From a virus (Duplodnaviria; Caudoviricetes), in IMG/VR virus record IMGVR_UViG_3300003523_000207, positions 1 to 64,000 of that record: DNA of 64,000 nucleotides; one strand, 5' to 3'. The notes under the pieces were generated by a model. The model saw only the letters and a program-made list of their open reading frames with translations. It was not told the DNA's origin and ran no database searches. Positions 26,570 through 36,027 of this stretch are shown here, one piece after another; the stretch's first letter is position 1, and the number at the start of each line of letters is the position of its first letter. Position numbers and translations under genes: made by a program.

Positions 26570-27262
26570 TTAGGCTTTTTTCTTTTTCACCGTCTTGGAC
26601 TTGCCAAGCGGCGCAGTTACGATGATTTTTACGTCATCGGACTTTTTCTTGCGGCCACGCGGCTTCTTTTCGGCTGGCTTGGAAAGCGTATCGATGAAGT
26701 TGGCGACATCCTTGGTCTTGGTGGCCTTGGTAGTCTTCTTCGTGGTCTTCTTGGTCGTGGCCTTGGTAGACTTCGTAGCGGCCTTCTTAGGTTTGGCCAT
26801 ATCAGCAAGTGTTTTAGCTGTTTTGGCGACTTCCTTGGCTTCATTAAGCATATCGACCAACGATTCGGTCTTTTCGCTTAGACTAGCAACTGAAGACTTT
26901 GCCTCGTCAATAGCATCGTCAAGCTTGTTGCAAGCATCTTCGAGAGTTTCCGTATTCGTGGTTTCATTAACCGGTTCAGCGGTCGGAGTTTCGGGAACTT
27001 CGACAGTTGCCGGTTCTGCGGCCGGAACCACGAGTTCGGCAGATTCGCTAACAACAGTAACGATCGGAGCCGATACGATTCCGGGTTCAGCGGTCTGAGC
27101 CGTGGCTTCGTCAACAGTTAGGGTATGCTCGGAGGCAGCTTCCGGAGCGATTGCAAAGTCGTCCACGATGTCAACCTTCTTGGAGGCGCGAACCTTCAAG
27201 ACGACAACAACGAGGACCAATGCGGCGAATACAGCCAATGCGGCTATGATTTCGGTGGTCAT
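26570..27262 (-). CDS. Membrane-anchored protein with a K/T/A-rich histone-H1-like tail
   Basis: N-terminal hydrophobic helix, acidic linker, KKTTKKTTKAT repeats and KKPRGRKK. Confidence 0.7.
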   Translation of the reverse strand: MTTEIIAALAVFAALVLVVVVLKVRASKKVDIVDDFAIAPEAASEHTLTVDEATAQTAEPGIVSAPIVTVVSESAELVVPAAEPATVEVPETPTAEPVNETTNTETLEDACNKLDDAIDEAKSSVASLSEKTESLVDMLNEAKEVAKTAKTLADMAKPKKAATKSTKATTKKTTKKTTKATKTKDVANFIDTLSKPAEKKPRGRKKKSDDVKIIVTAPLGKSKTVKKKKA

Positions 27263-27342
27263 TTGGGGTTTCTCCTATAGGATTTTACGTAAGAATTAAA
27301 CTAGTACATTCATATTAAAGTCGGAACTGATAAACTACGGAT

Positions 27343-27660
27343 ATGGCTAAGAAAAAATCAAATACAGACGCGCTCGATGCCGTCGATATCATTCCAGTGG
27401 AAACTGTTCAAGACGAGCAGCCGTCCGAGGATATCCTCGTAGAAACTGCCGAAGCTGAAGAAGTTCCCCCAGTTATCAACCCGGTTCACAGAGCAGTGCC
27501 TCCGGTTCCGCGCCCGCTTCCCAAAGAGACCGTCGCCCCAGCCCCGGCTGCTCCGACAGTCCCTGTGAAGAAAAAGCGAATCCGCATCCGCAAGAAGGGT
27601 GCCAAGAAGCTCTCGGCGGCAATCATCTGCCAGAACCCGAACATCGTTCGATTCATCTAA
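27343..27660 (+). CDS. Hypothetical P/K-rich protein
   Basis: 105 aa; ATAAACT 6 nt before the ATG. Confidence 0.6.
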   Translation: MAKKKSNTDALDAVDIIPVETVQDEQPSEDILVETAEAEEVPPVINPVHRAVPPVPRPLPKETVAPAPAAPTVPVKKKRIRIRKKGAKKLSAAIICQNPNIVRFI

Positions 27661-27672
27661 GAGGTTTCAAAA

Positions 27673-28173
27673 ATGCACGAATCGCTAAAAAATGTTCTTG
27701 AATCGGTTTCGCCGTCGATGAAAAAGGCCGTAACCGAGATGTACGAGTTGCTAATCGAGGGTGCGATGAACACCCCGACCAGCTCCGACGCGGTCGAACA
27801 TCTTCAGGCGACCGTGGGAGTGAACCCCAACGAGGTGAAGGACGGCACGAAAATCGTCGGACTTGCCGGTAAGGTCGGTATGGACGGCAAGAGCAGCCTC
27901 GCGAAGGATGAAGACCAGTTACTGAATCGGGTCAGCAACGATATGGCCGCGATACAGCCTATCGACGTACAGCTCCCAAAAGAAGACCAATTTGAAAACC
28001 TCCCGACTGGTGGCGGCCAGACCGTCGAACCCCCAGCAGAAGAGCCGGTTGACTTAGCCCAGCCGGAGGAAGACGGCGACGATGAAATGACGTGGGACGA
28101 AATACAAAACGCTCCGCCGTCGATTCCGGAAGGAACATCAGACGAAGACCTAGCTGGTCTGTTAGACGGATAA
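27673..28173 (+). CDS. Acidic hypothetical protein (possible internal head protein)
   Basis: 166 aa with a GAGG RBS; N-terminal amphipathic motif ending LIEG. Confidence 0.6.
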   Translation: MHESLKNVLESVSPSMKKAVTEMYELLIEGAMNTPTSSDAVEHLQATVGVNPNEVKDGTKIVGLAGKVGMDGKSSLAKDEDQLLNRVSNDMAAIQPIDVQLPKEDQFENLPTGGGQTVEPPAEEPVDLAQPEEDGDDEMTWDEIQNAPPSIPEGTSDEDLAGLLDG

Positions 28174-28175
28174 TT

Positions 28176-28206
28176 AAAAAGGCGGCTTAAATAGCCGCCT
28201 ATTTTT
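28176..28206. terminator. Bidirectional intrinsic terminator
   Basis: AAAAAGGCGGCT-taaat-AGCCGCCTATTTTT. Confidence 0.75.
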
Positions 28207-29401
28207 ATAATGTCGCTTGGGACGAGACGTGGAACTTTGCGTGTTTGGCCTCTTCCTTTCGTTTCTCGGCCTTGACAATGTCGCGCAACTGTTTCTTTTC
28301 TTCCTTCTCGCGAGTACGGATCTTCTTTAACAGAGCCTTACGTACTTCCTTGTTGTACTCAAGACGCTGCGGAGACACGTTACCTTCCTTGATGAATCGG
28401 TCGACGTTTCCGATAACCTTCGCGACCTTAACTTCTTCGTCGTTGAACGTATTCAATGCGTTAATACGAGCGGTCGTGTTCTCACGAGCGGTCTTGACGA
28501 CCGCATCAATTCGGTCCCACACGCCATACATCTTGTCGAAGTTCGCCTCGATATATGAACAAAGGGACTGCGGAGACATTGGGTTCTGGTTAACCACGCC
28601 TTCTGGAACCCATCTGTCAGCCTTCCAAGCCTTACCTTCTACTTGAACCGGGATAATCTTCAGACGACCATCCGCATTTACTTGGACCAATGTCATATGT
28701 TCAGCGTTGGCCGCCCAGTTAATGCACTTGCGCTTCGACTCTCCGTGGTCGTTGTAACCAAGGCTAACGGTTTCCTTGCACTGGAAAACCACGCCCCAGT
28801 AGAAATTCTTCGTATCGACCGGGCTGAGGTCTTTCAGCTTGACGGTGTACATATAACCGTTACGACGGCCACCGACTTCTTCGGTCTTTGAGTTGGTATC
28901 GACTTTCCAGAACGTATTGATGTTCGGCAAGCCGTGGTACACTTGGGTTTCACAAATAGAACGCGCATCCATTTCGGACTGCATCAGTTCGATATACCAC
29001 TCGCCGTCATCTTCTTCCTTCGGGTCGCTGGTGTGGTAGAAAAGGTTCAAAGTACCATTGACAAACGTAATCCACTGGGGGTCTTCGTTCTGGAAATCGT
29101 AGGAGCCGAACCACTCTGCATACTTTTTCTGAGCGAGCGTCGGCAAGTCGACGACACGAGACATACCGTCGAAGTCGTGAGGCGCGAAACCAGCATCGCG
29201 GCACTTGTTCATAATCCAAAAATCAAGGATGATGTCCTTGTGGGAGTCCCAAGTAATTCCGGCGTTGATGTAGTTGATCAGACGAATTCCGGCCACCTTC
29301 TTGGCCTTCATCTCAAGAAGAATCTGCTGCGAGCTGTCCCACAGCATATCAGCGTTGATGCTATTGAAGAGGCTGATTCGCTTGTTATTCGTGTCATTCA
29401 T
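28205..29401 (-). CDS. Hypothetical protein
   Basis: 398 aa with a GAGG RBS, ATAAACT at 29421-29427 and a basic coiled-coil C-terminus. Confidence 0.7.
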   Translation of the reverse strand: MNDTNNKRISLFNSINADMLWDSSQQILLEMKAKKVAGIRLINYINAGITWDSHKDIILDFWIMNKCRDAGFAPHDFDGMSRVVDLPTLAQKKYAEWFGSYDFQNEDPQWITFVNGTLNLFYHTSDPKEEDDGEWYIELMQSEMDARSICETQVYHGLPNINTFWKVDTNSKTEEVGGRRNGYMYTVKLKDLSPVDTKNFYWGVVFQCKETVSLGYNDHGESKRKCINWAANAEHMTLVQVNADGRLKIIPVQVEGKAWKADRWVPEGVVNQNPMSPQSLCSYIEANFDKMYGVWDRIDAVVKTARENTTARINALNTFNDEEVKVAKVIGNVDRFIKEGNVSPQRLEYNKEVRKALLKKIRTREKEEKKQLRDIVKAEKRKEEAKHAKFHVSSQATL

Positions 29402-29488
29402 CGGTTATTCCTCAATACGCAGTTTATTCATTTTGAAACTATCCGAATCGTATAAACTAGGATGTAAAGCACATTTGAAGGGTATACT

Positions 29489-30250
29489 ATGTACGATATG
29501 TTCGACCTCCCTAATGAAATCGAGCTTGCCCAGAGCATTCTGGAGGCCAAGAAACAGCCGCGCAAGACCGATACCACCATCGATGTCAAAGACATCTTCC
29601 CGTTCAGCACGCCCAACCCGGCGAAGTCCAAGGTCGTTTCCGACAAGACTGGCGTCGTGAAGCCCAAGGTTGACTTCCGCGATTCCGACGTTGCTACCGC
29701 TTGGGAAAAGTTCCTTGGCAATATGAAGGCCAAGAAGGCTGAAACCAAGGGTGACGATTTCGGTCGTCTCGAAGTGAAGAACGGCGAAAAGATTCCGTCC
29801 GTCGAAAAGATTTCCAATACCATCAAGGCTCTCAAGACCACCAAGGTCACCGGACTAAACGGCAAGAGCACTTCCGAAACCGAAGTCCTCGGCGTGTTCA
29901 AGGAAATGGCCAAGACCTCCGCTACCAAGCTTCCGGACAAGACCGGCGTTGTGAAACCGAAGGACGGTCTCGGTAAGATCGACAAGAAGCCGAAGTTCGA
30001 CGTTGACGCAAGTGCCGAAGTCGTTGTCAAGACCGCCATCCCGTCCAAGGATAACAAGATGGTCGATAAGACTGGTGTTGTAAAACCGAAAGACGGCCTC
30101 GGAAAGATTGACAAGAAGCCGAAGATCATTGATATGACCGGTACGACCGTCGTTGTCAAGGATGCGATTCCGTCCAAGGACAACAAGATGGTTGACAAGA
30201 GCGGTGCTGTGAAGCCCAAGAAGCTCGAACCGGCCAACGTCAAGAAGTAA
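29489..30250 (+). CDS. Lysine-rich repeat protein (possible DNA-binding internal virion protein)
   Basis: Four DK(T/S)G(V/A)VKPK repeats; TATAAACT at 29451-29458. Confidence 0.7.
   Translation: MYDMFDLPNEIELAQSILEAKKQPRKTDTTIDVKDIFPFSTPNPAKSKVVSDKTGVVKPKVDFRDSDVATAWEKFLGNMKAKKAETKGDDFGRLEVKNGEKIPSVEKISNTIKALKTTKVTGLNGKSTSETEVLGVFKEMAKTSATKLPDKTGVVKPKDGLGKIDKKPKFDVDASAEVVVKTAIPSKDNKMVDKTGVVKPKDGLGKIDKKPKIIDMTGTTVVVKDAIPSKDNKMVDKSGAVKPKKLEPANVKK
29936..30220 (+). repeat. Degenerate intragenic tandem repeat (~126 bp unit)
   Basis: DKTGVVKPKDGLGKIDKKPK...AIPSKDNKMV repeated with synonymous divergence. Confidence 0.7.
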
Positions 30251-30259
30251 GGTTCGTCG

Positions 30260-30952
30260 ATGACAGATTTGACCGAACAATTACAGCATCAAGCGAGACG
30301 ATTGACGCGAAACCCGGTGCCCGTGCATCAGGGCTTTGCGCGTCTCCGCTTTTCTGAATTCCCGGTCAACTACGTCGAACGCCGCACAAGCGTTACCGAA
30401 CCATACACGACAGACGCTCAGGAAGTTGTCAATGCCAACATTATGGACTGGGTTTGCCCCGGACTAAGCTGTTCTCTGCAGAAGGAAGGCCACTACAAGT
30501 TTGTGACCAACATCCCCACGCAAGAAGACAACCAGTACGACGATACCATTTCAGTCGCTATGCTGGCCGACAACCGATACGAGAACTGGTGGGCGATCCG
30601 TCGCTATATGGACGTAGTCCAGAGCGGCCAGACCGATGCCGACCCAGTTCTTGACCGTATGCACCGTGTATACGGCACTGACCGCCGCTACCGCAACCGT
30701 CTAACCTATCTCCAGTGGATCGATATGCACTTGGCCGACGACGTAGCCCAAGAGTATATGATAGTCCGTCTGGAACGCTGCCGTTTTACGGCAATCTCCC
30801 CTCTCAACTTCAAGCCGGGTACTCTGCAGACCGTGAGTTTCAACTTGAGCATCAAGTACGAAATCCAGCGGATTATCCGTCTGCCCGACCCAAACGAACT
30901 GATGAACGCTATCTGCGTGTCCTACGGTTCAGACAGTTACTATAACCAGTAG
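30260..30952 (+). CDS. Tail tube-fold protein, T4 gp3-like tail terminator
   Basis: CPGLS...DTISV.ML.DNRYENW..I..YM and a C-terminal F.LS.KY typical of the gp3/gp19 fold. Confidence 0.55.
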   Translation: MTDLTEQLQHQARRLTRNPVPVHQGFARLRFSEFPVNYVERRTSVTEPYTTDAQEVVNANIMDWVCPGLSCSLQKEGHYKFVTNIPTQEDNQYDDTISVAMLADNRYENWWAIRRYMDVVQSGQTDADPVLDRMHRVYGTDRRYRNRLTYLQWIDMHLADDVAQEYMIVRLERCRFTAISPLNFKPGTLQTVSFNLSIKYEIQRIIRLPDPNELMNAICVSYGSDSYYNQ

Positions 30953-30961
30953 AGGTAAGCT

Positions 30962-31975
30962 ATGGCTACAAACTATAAACGCGGCACATCCGCTGGTATA
31001 GGTGATCCGCTAAACCGAAAGGCATCCGGCGACGCTTACCTCGCTTTCTATATGGAAAAGTTCTACGCGGCAGCTCGCGGACACTTGCTCAACAAGTATC
31101 ACGTCGGATTCTGGGGCGAGTACGTCTCGGAAGCTCTCCGCGTGATGGACAGGAACGCATACGCAGACAAGTACACGCTATCGAACACAAAGACGTTCAA
31201 GGACACCGGTGACCTTCACTGGAAAGCTGCGTTCAACGACTGGCTCGATATGTTCTATGACCGTTCTAGCAAGGTTCTCAATATGTATTGGGCTTGCGAG
31301 TCCGCGACGGTTAAGGGTAACACGGCCAACCCGATGCGATTCGGTTCTCTCGATACTACGAAACAGCTGCAGTACCCTCTGCTTACCGGTGACGCCGGTC
31401 CAAAGGATTTACAGCTTCAAATCGTTGACGACCCGTATATGATGTGGTACCAGTTCTTCAACGCCTTGTTCAACGTGCAGTTCAGTCCGCTCGTCCTGAA
31501 GGCTAGGAGCACCTGGCACAAGATCAACGTGGCCATCGATGTGTATTCAGAAGCCACGACTATGCAGCGTAGTGGTACTGGCCAGCTGGCGACCCAAACG
31601 GCTCCGTACATCACCGATATCGCATTGAACCAAATGTTCGAGTTCAACTCCGCCGTACTGAAAAATTCGCCGGATATGAAACTAGGGTTCAACGAGAACA
31701 ATCCGTACAAGTTCAGCGTAAGCTTTGCATACCCGAACTGCTTCCACGGAACATTCAAGACTCAGCTCCGATATCTCCGCGACAATACACGTGACGGTTC
31801 GGACGCCAATGCGCTAGACAAGAAAACCGACTACAATACCTTCCGCCATTCATTCTATGAGGAAACTTATGAGTCTCTCCAAGCCACCAAGAAGGCATTT
31901 ACATACGAGACATTCAATCCGACGGAATACTATTCAGATTATGGAATGCGAACATTTAAGAAGAAAGACGACTAA
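30962..31975 (+). CDS. Tail tube-fold baseplate-tube junction protein (gp54-like)
   Basis: NKYHV.F, ACES.T, L.LQI.DD and F.VSFAY patterns; adjacent to the gp3-like gene. Confidence 0.45.
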   Translation: MATNYKRGTSAGIGDPLNRKASGDAYLAFYMEKFYAAARGHLLNKYHVGFWGEYVSEALRVMDRNAYADKYTLSNTKTFKDTGDLHWKAAFNDWLDMFYDRSSKVLNMYWACESATVKGNTANPMRFGSLDTTKQLQYPLLTGDAGPKDLQLQIVDDPYMMWYQFFNALFNVQFSPLVLKARSTWHKINVAIDVYSEATTMQRSGTGQLATQTAPYITDIALNQMFEFNSAVLKNSPDMKLGFNENNPYKFSVSFAYPNCFHGTFKTQLRYLRDNTRDGSDANALDKKTDYNTFRHSFYEETYESLQATKKAFTYETFNPTEYYSDYGMRTFKKKDD

Positions 31976-31977
31976 TG

Positions 31978-32008
31978 AAAAAAAAACCACACTGAGTGTG
32001 GTTTTTTT
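31978..32008. terminator. Bidirectional intrinsic terminator
   Basis: A-tract-CCACAC-tga-GTGTGG-T-tract between convergent genes. Confidence 0.8.
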
Positions 32009-33053
32009 ATTTGACCATAGTTTCGACTCTTTGGCGGACATCGAGCATCTTCTTCGGCCCGTAGAATTTCACCATAGACTCGTACTGGTTATACAGCTTG
32101 GCGTTCGTCCTACTCAGCGGGATTTCGGAAATGAACTCGTCGTAGAGCGTATTGACCAGCTCGGAACTGAGCTTATAAGCCTTGTCCCCCAGTATCTCGA
32201 CACCCCAGAAGTCAGTGCTGTACGGCGTGTAGTAGAGTCCGTTACGGCCAGTTGACAGCTGCGGCGGCATCTTGACCTGTTCGCTATACATACGGATTCT
32301 ATCGAAACGACCGCACACATAACGGAGGTAGCCGTCGATACGGTTGTCCATAATGATTAGAGGGTCGGTAAATTCTCGGTCACGGATAATTTTCGAGCAA
32401 ACCTTTGCGTTGATATGCGTAACCGGAATTCCGGCGACTGCGAGCATCTGCGTACAGATTTCCTCGTAAGTCATATCGGGCTTATAGAACGTCTCTTGGT
32501 AGTCTCTGTCTAGGTAGGCGAACGGATATTCGTAGTTGAAGCCGATCATTGTCAAGTGGGACAACTGGATTCCACGCCAGCGCGTGATGCCCATAGCCTT
32601 GCAGAACGTGTCCACGAACGTACTAGGCATATGCGCCTTCATTGCACTGACCAGCTTAGACGGAGAGTTACCCTTGTCCATCAAAACTGAATAGACCGGG
32701 TCTTTCTTGAAGGACTCGCATATGGAAGTCCACTCGTCGGTGTCCTCGAACGAGTTCTTGTTAAGCGGAAACTGTATGATTCCGTTCTTGGTATTCTTGA
32801 TGCGCACTCGGTCATACGGTATGTAAAGGAACCGTGGATTATGATATTCCGTATAATTGATGTCGATAGGGGACACGACCTTCAAGATTGCGACAGTGCG
32901 ATTCGACAGCATATCGTTGAAAAGGTCAAGGGGTTCGCCGAGCTTGGCCGTTGCCAAAAAATGAACAGACTCGCCATTCATATTGCGTCTCAAAGCCTCG
33001 ATTACCGCGTCGAGGCTGTATCCCATAATGTAGACCGTTTCCTTTGATTCCAT
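32007..33053 (-). CDS. Divergent UDP-galactopyranose mutase (Glf)-like protein
   Basis: Colinear similarity to Glf: QFPLNKNSF, FCKAM.ITRW, Y....P..TYEE...ML, IDGYLRY..G, N.KLYNQY; GxGxxG is degenerate (GYSLDA). Confidence 0.55.
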   Translation of the reverse strand: MESKETVYIMGYSLDAVIEALRRNMNGESVHFLATAKLGEPLDLFNDMLSNRTVAILKVVSPIDINYTEYHNPRFLYIPYDRVRIKNTKNGIIQFPLNKNSFEDTDEWTSICESFKKDPVYSVLMDKGNSPSKLVSAMKAHMPSTFVDTFCKAMGITRWRGIQLSHLTMIGFNYEYPFAYLDRDYQETFYKPDMTYEEICTQMLAVAGIPVTHINAKVCSKIIRDREFTDPLIIMDNRIDGYLRYVCGRFDRIRMYSEQVKMPPQLSTGRNGLYYTPYSTDFWGVEILGDKAYKLSSELVNTLYDEFISEIPLSRTNAKLYNQYESMVKFYGPKKMLDVRQRVETMVK

Positions 33054-33478
33054 TATCCCATTTTTCCGTCGTTCTGGATGTACGGCAAGATGTACTCTTC
33101 AAGCCATTTCTGACCAGGAAACTCGAACACGATATCGTAGATCAGACCCTTATCAGTACAGAACACGACCGCCGGGAGCTTGTGCATACCGAGGTCGGTG
33201 TAGATAAGGTTTTTCTCTGGTTCCGGCTCGATGACCGTCCGAACGCAGCGAACTGGGTCGTCGAACAGATGGTACTTGTTGAACCACGCGAACATATCGC
33301 TGAAAGCTTGTTTGCAAGTCGGACACTGGTCATTCTCGTCGTAAAACACGAAAACCCACATAACCACACGCTGGCGAGAAACGACATCGCTATAGGCGTC
33401 CTTCCCATAGTTGAGGAGACGCTGGCTCAGAGGCTCATATCCACCGTGAATGACAACAGTATCACTGCAGCACGACAT
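33053..33478 (-). CDS. Thioredoxin-fold protein
   Basis: VFVFY....CPTC and LG..KLPAVVF cis-Pro motif. Confidence 0.75.
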   Translation of the reverse strand: MSCCSDTVVIHGGYEPLSQRLLNYGKDAYSDVVSRQRVVMWVFVFYDENDQCPTCKQAFSDMFAWFNKYHLFDDPVRCVRTVIEPEPEKNLIYTDLGMHKLPAVVFCTDKGLIYDIVFEFPGQKWLEEYILPYIQNDGKMG

Positions 33479-33518
33479 AATCCGTACAATCCTTGATTTA
33501 ACCCTAAATTATTACATT

Positions 33519-34052
33519 TTAGAGGCGAACGTCATAATGGAACAGTCTTCCCATATTCTTTTCGTTCGCGATGAACCAGTTTACCCCCCTCAAGCGGCAC
33601 CATTCTTCTGCGGCCGCCCACTTGGCGTGGTTAACCATAACATCCATCAGCTTGGCCTCGAACGACACCTTTCGCTTCCTATACCTAGCCCAAGCCGCTT
33701 CGTCGGCCTGATTTGAAGGCGGTTTCGGCATCTTTGGAATCACGGAATAGGTGGTCGGTTTAATCTCGATAAGGTATTTGGTAACCTGTTGGGTGTCCTT
33801 ATCGGTGATTTCGACATAAATATCAGGCTTGTATATCGAAATCTTCTGGTACTTCGGCGACATATAAGCAATGGAAATCGGAGGCGGTTCATACCCCCAC
33901 ATCGTTATAAGAGGATGCACGTCGCAGAGTACGAAGAACTTCTGCTCCCATTCCGACTTGTACTGTGGGAGCGGAGCGTTCGGCATATACTTCTCCGGAT
34001 GCAACAGGTTGTACGTACCCTTATGGCAATCTTTGTAGTAATTGTGAGCCAT
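33519..34052 (-). CDS. Head completion nuclease (T4 gp4/TnsA-like)
   Basis: YKSEWEQKFF..CD, WGYE, YKPDIYV, LIEIKP, N.AKW.AA..WC. Confidence 0.85.
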   Translation of the reverse strand: MAHNYYKDCHKGTYNLLHPEKYMPNAPLPQYKSEWEQKFFVLCDVHPLITMWGYEPPPISIAYMSPKYQKISIYKPDIYVEITDKDTQQVTKYLIEIKPTTYSVIPKMPKPPSNQADEAAWARYRKRKVSFEAKLMDVMVNHAKWAAAEEWCRLRGVNWFIANEKNMGRLFHYDVRL

Positions 34053-36019
34053 TACGACCCCACAGCTGACTGGTACATTCTCGCGTAGTAGTTTGCCAGA
34101 GTTTCACCTGACGCTTGCTGCGTGAACTGGAAGTAGGATATCTTTTCCGATCGAGTCTGGTCGAAGTCGCTCGGCACCGTGTAGGTAACGACGATGGCCG
34201 GACTCGACACGGAACCATCAGCCGTCGGATAGCCGGTCGGATTGTCTACATAGTACGGCTGGCGAACGCTAGAATTGTTCATACCGTTGTCGCTAGACGA
34301 ATAATTACCGGACAGCGACTCGATTGAATCCAGCTTGTCAGAGACATACTGGATATATGCTTCCGAAGTCGCATAATTGTTCGAGAACCGAACGAGCTGG
34401 TACATATGCTCGACGTAGTAGTTGTCATCGGTCTGGGACGACATACTGCCGACAATGCTCTTCAAGGTATTTTCCTCGAACTTCGAAATCTTCTTGGGTC
34501 CGGCCATCACCTCGTTTTCGGTTTCGACGGAGTACGTGAAATTGATAGCGTCCTTGATACTTCCATCAAGAGACGAACCCTCGGACGGATGCAAGTCGGA
34601 GAAGGTGAACGGACGGCTAACGTCGTATTCTTCGGCCTCCTCGTCGGCCTCGCTGGTATTGTCGTCCTTGTTCTTAGCCTTCTTGAATAGAGACAACAGC
34701 CAGTCCCAAGGATTCTCTAAGTACAGCTGGCGGAGAACACTCTCACGGGCGGTAGGCGCATCAAGCTCGGTGGCCAAACAGCAAGTATAGATATCGGCTT
34801 CCATAGCACGACGCCAATACTTGTCCTCTAGGCGCAAGTCCTTGTACATCTGCTTGGTACGGTTCTTAATCTTTTCTGAAAGGTTCGGGCAAGCAATTTC
34901 GAGACAACCAATCCATCCCTTGTAAGTATTGATCATATCGATGGCTGACATACCGTAATACTTCTTTCCTTTTTCGTATTCCTCCGTGTAGACGAAGAAA
35001 CACTCAAACGGGCCGACCGTATCTATGAACTTGTCCACGTTCATTTTCTTGGTAAGCAATTCAACATACTTCTTCATCAAGAATCGGAACGGCTTGATAA
35101 CAAGGTTATAGACATAGACAATCCACGCCTCGATAAGATTAAACAGGCCATTGATGAAATTCTTGACATACTTCGTAATCATCGTGTCAAGGCCAAACTT
35201 CAAGTCATCTACGTTAAGGAACGAGAACTTTTCATTGATGCACGCGATTATAGCCCAAGGACGGCCTTTCGTCGAATTACCATCGGCATCCTCGGTACAA
35301 CCAGTCAAGTAAGCTATTACGTTCGCCAAGCAAGGACACTTGGCCATATACGTTCCAAGGTCGTCCCAGTTAATCGCCATCGTGAAATTCAACAAACCGT
35401 TCAACTTATCTTGTATCGCGTTAATGACATCTAGGACACAGTTACGTACGGCCTCGGTAAAGTCGAGAGTCGCATTCTCCAGACGCTCGCGAGCGGCATC
35501 GATCTTGTTGAACAATGCAAACGCCGCCTTGACAATCACGTCGAGCCAGCCGTCTATGGTTCCACCCCACATCTCGATAAATGTACACACATTCTTTACG
35601 AAATCTGGCTTACGGATCAAGTTTCCGATAGACGCGCCCGATGTGATTCCGTGAGCAAAGTTCGCGGCCTTGTCCAGACCCTTAGAAGCTCCGTTAATGA
35701 GTGTCGCCGTAAATGGTGGCAGCTTGCTCATTATGTACTCGTACAGCATATCGCTGCAGTCGACATTGTTGATACGCTTCGTAGTAGCGTCCATAGCGGA
35801 GGCTGCCTTCTCGATGCCTCCAGTAATCGTATTGGCGATACCGTCAACGCCAGTCAAAAACGACGGTTTCAGCGGATAGCTAGAGTCTCCGGCGAGCTGG
35901 GACGAGGTATTCGCAGTAGGAGTGGAAACGACCGCAGAATTGACGGACGCTTGCATACCGGCACTGGCGGCGTTCCTAGGCTTCTCGCAATCCATTTTCT
36001 TGTTTGACGCAGCACTCAT
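34052..36019 (-). CDS. Cys-rich helical hypothetical protein in the baseplate operon
   Basis: 655 aa, co-oriented and tightly spaced between the gp5-like and gp4-like genes. Confidence 0.65.
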   Translation of the reverse strand: MSAASNKKMDCEKPRNAASAGMQASVNSAVVSTPTANTSSQLAGDSSYPLKPSFLTGVDGIANTITGGIEKAASAMDATTKRINNVDCSDMLYEYIMSKLPPFTATLINGASKGLDKAANFAHGITSGASIGNLIRKPDFVKNVCTFIEMWGGTIDGWLDVIVKAAFALFNKIDAARERLENATLDFTEAVRNCVLDVINAIQDKLNGLLNFTMAINWDDLGTYMAKCPCLANVIAYLTGCTEDADGNSTKGRPWAIIACINEKFSFLNVDDLKFGLDTMITKYVKNFINGLFNLIEAWIVYVYNLVIKPFRFLMKKYVELLTKKMNVDKFIDTVGPFECFFVYTEEYEKGKKYYGMSAIDMINTYKGWIGCLEIACPNLSEKIKNRTKQMYKDLRLEDKYWRRAMEADIYTCCLATELDAPTARESVLRQLYLENPWDWLLSLFKKAKNKDDNTSEADEEAEEYDVSRPFTFSDLHPSEGSSLDGSIKDAINFTYSVETENEVMAGPKKISKFEENTLKSIVGSMSSQTDDNYYVEHMYQLVRFSNNYATSEAYIQYVSDKLDSIESLSGNYSSSDNGMNNSSVRQPYYVDNPTGYPTADGSVSSPAIVVTYTVPSDFDQTRSEKISYFQFTQQASGETLANYYARMYQSAVGS

Positions 36020-36027
36020 ACAATTAC

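Noticed and set aside
33519-34052. Tn7 TnsA transposase
   Set aside because: No tnsB/tnsC nearby; context and motifs match the T4 gp4 head-completion protein
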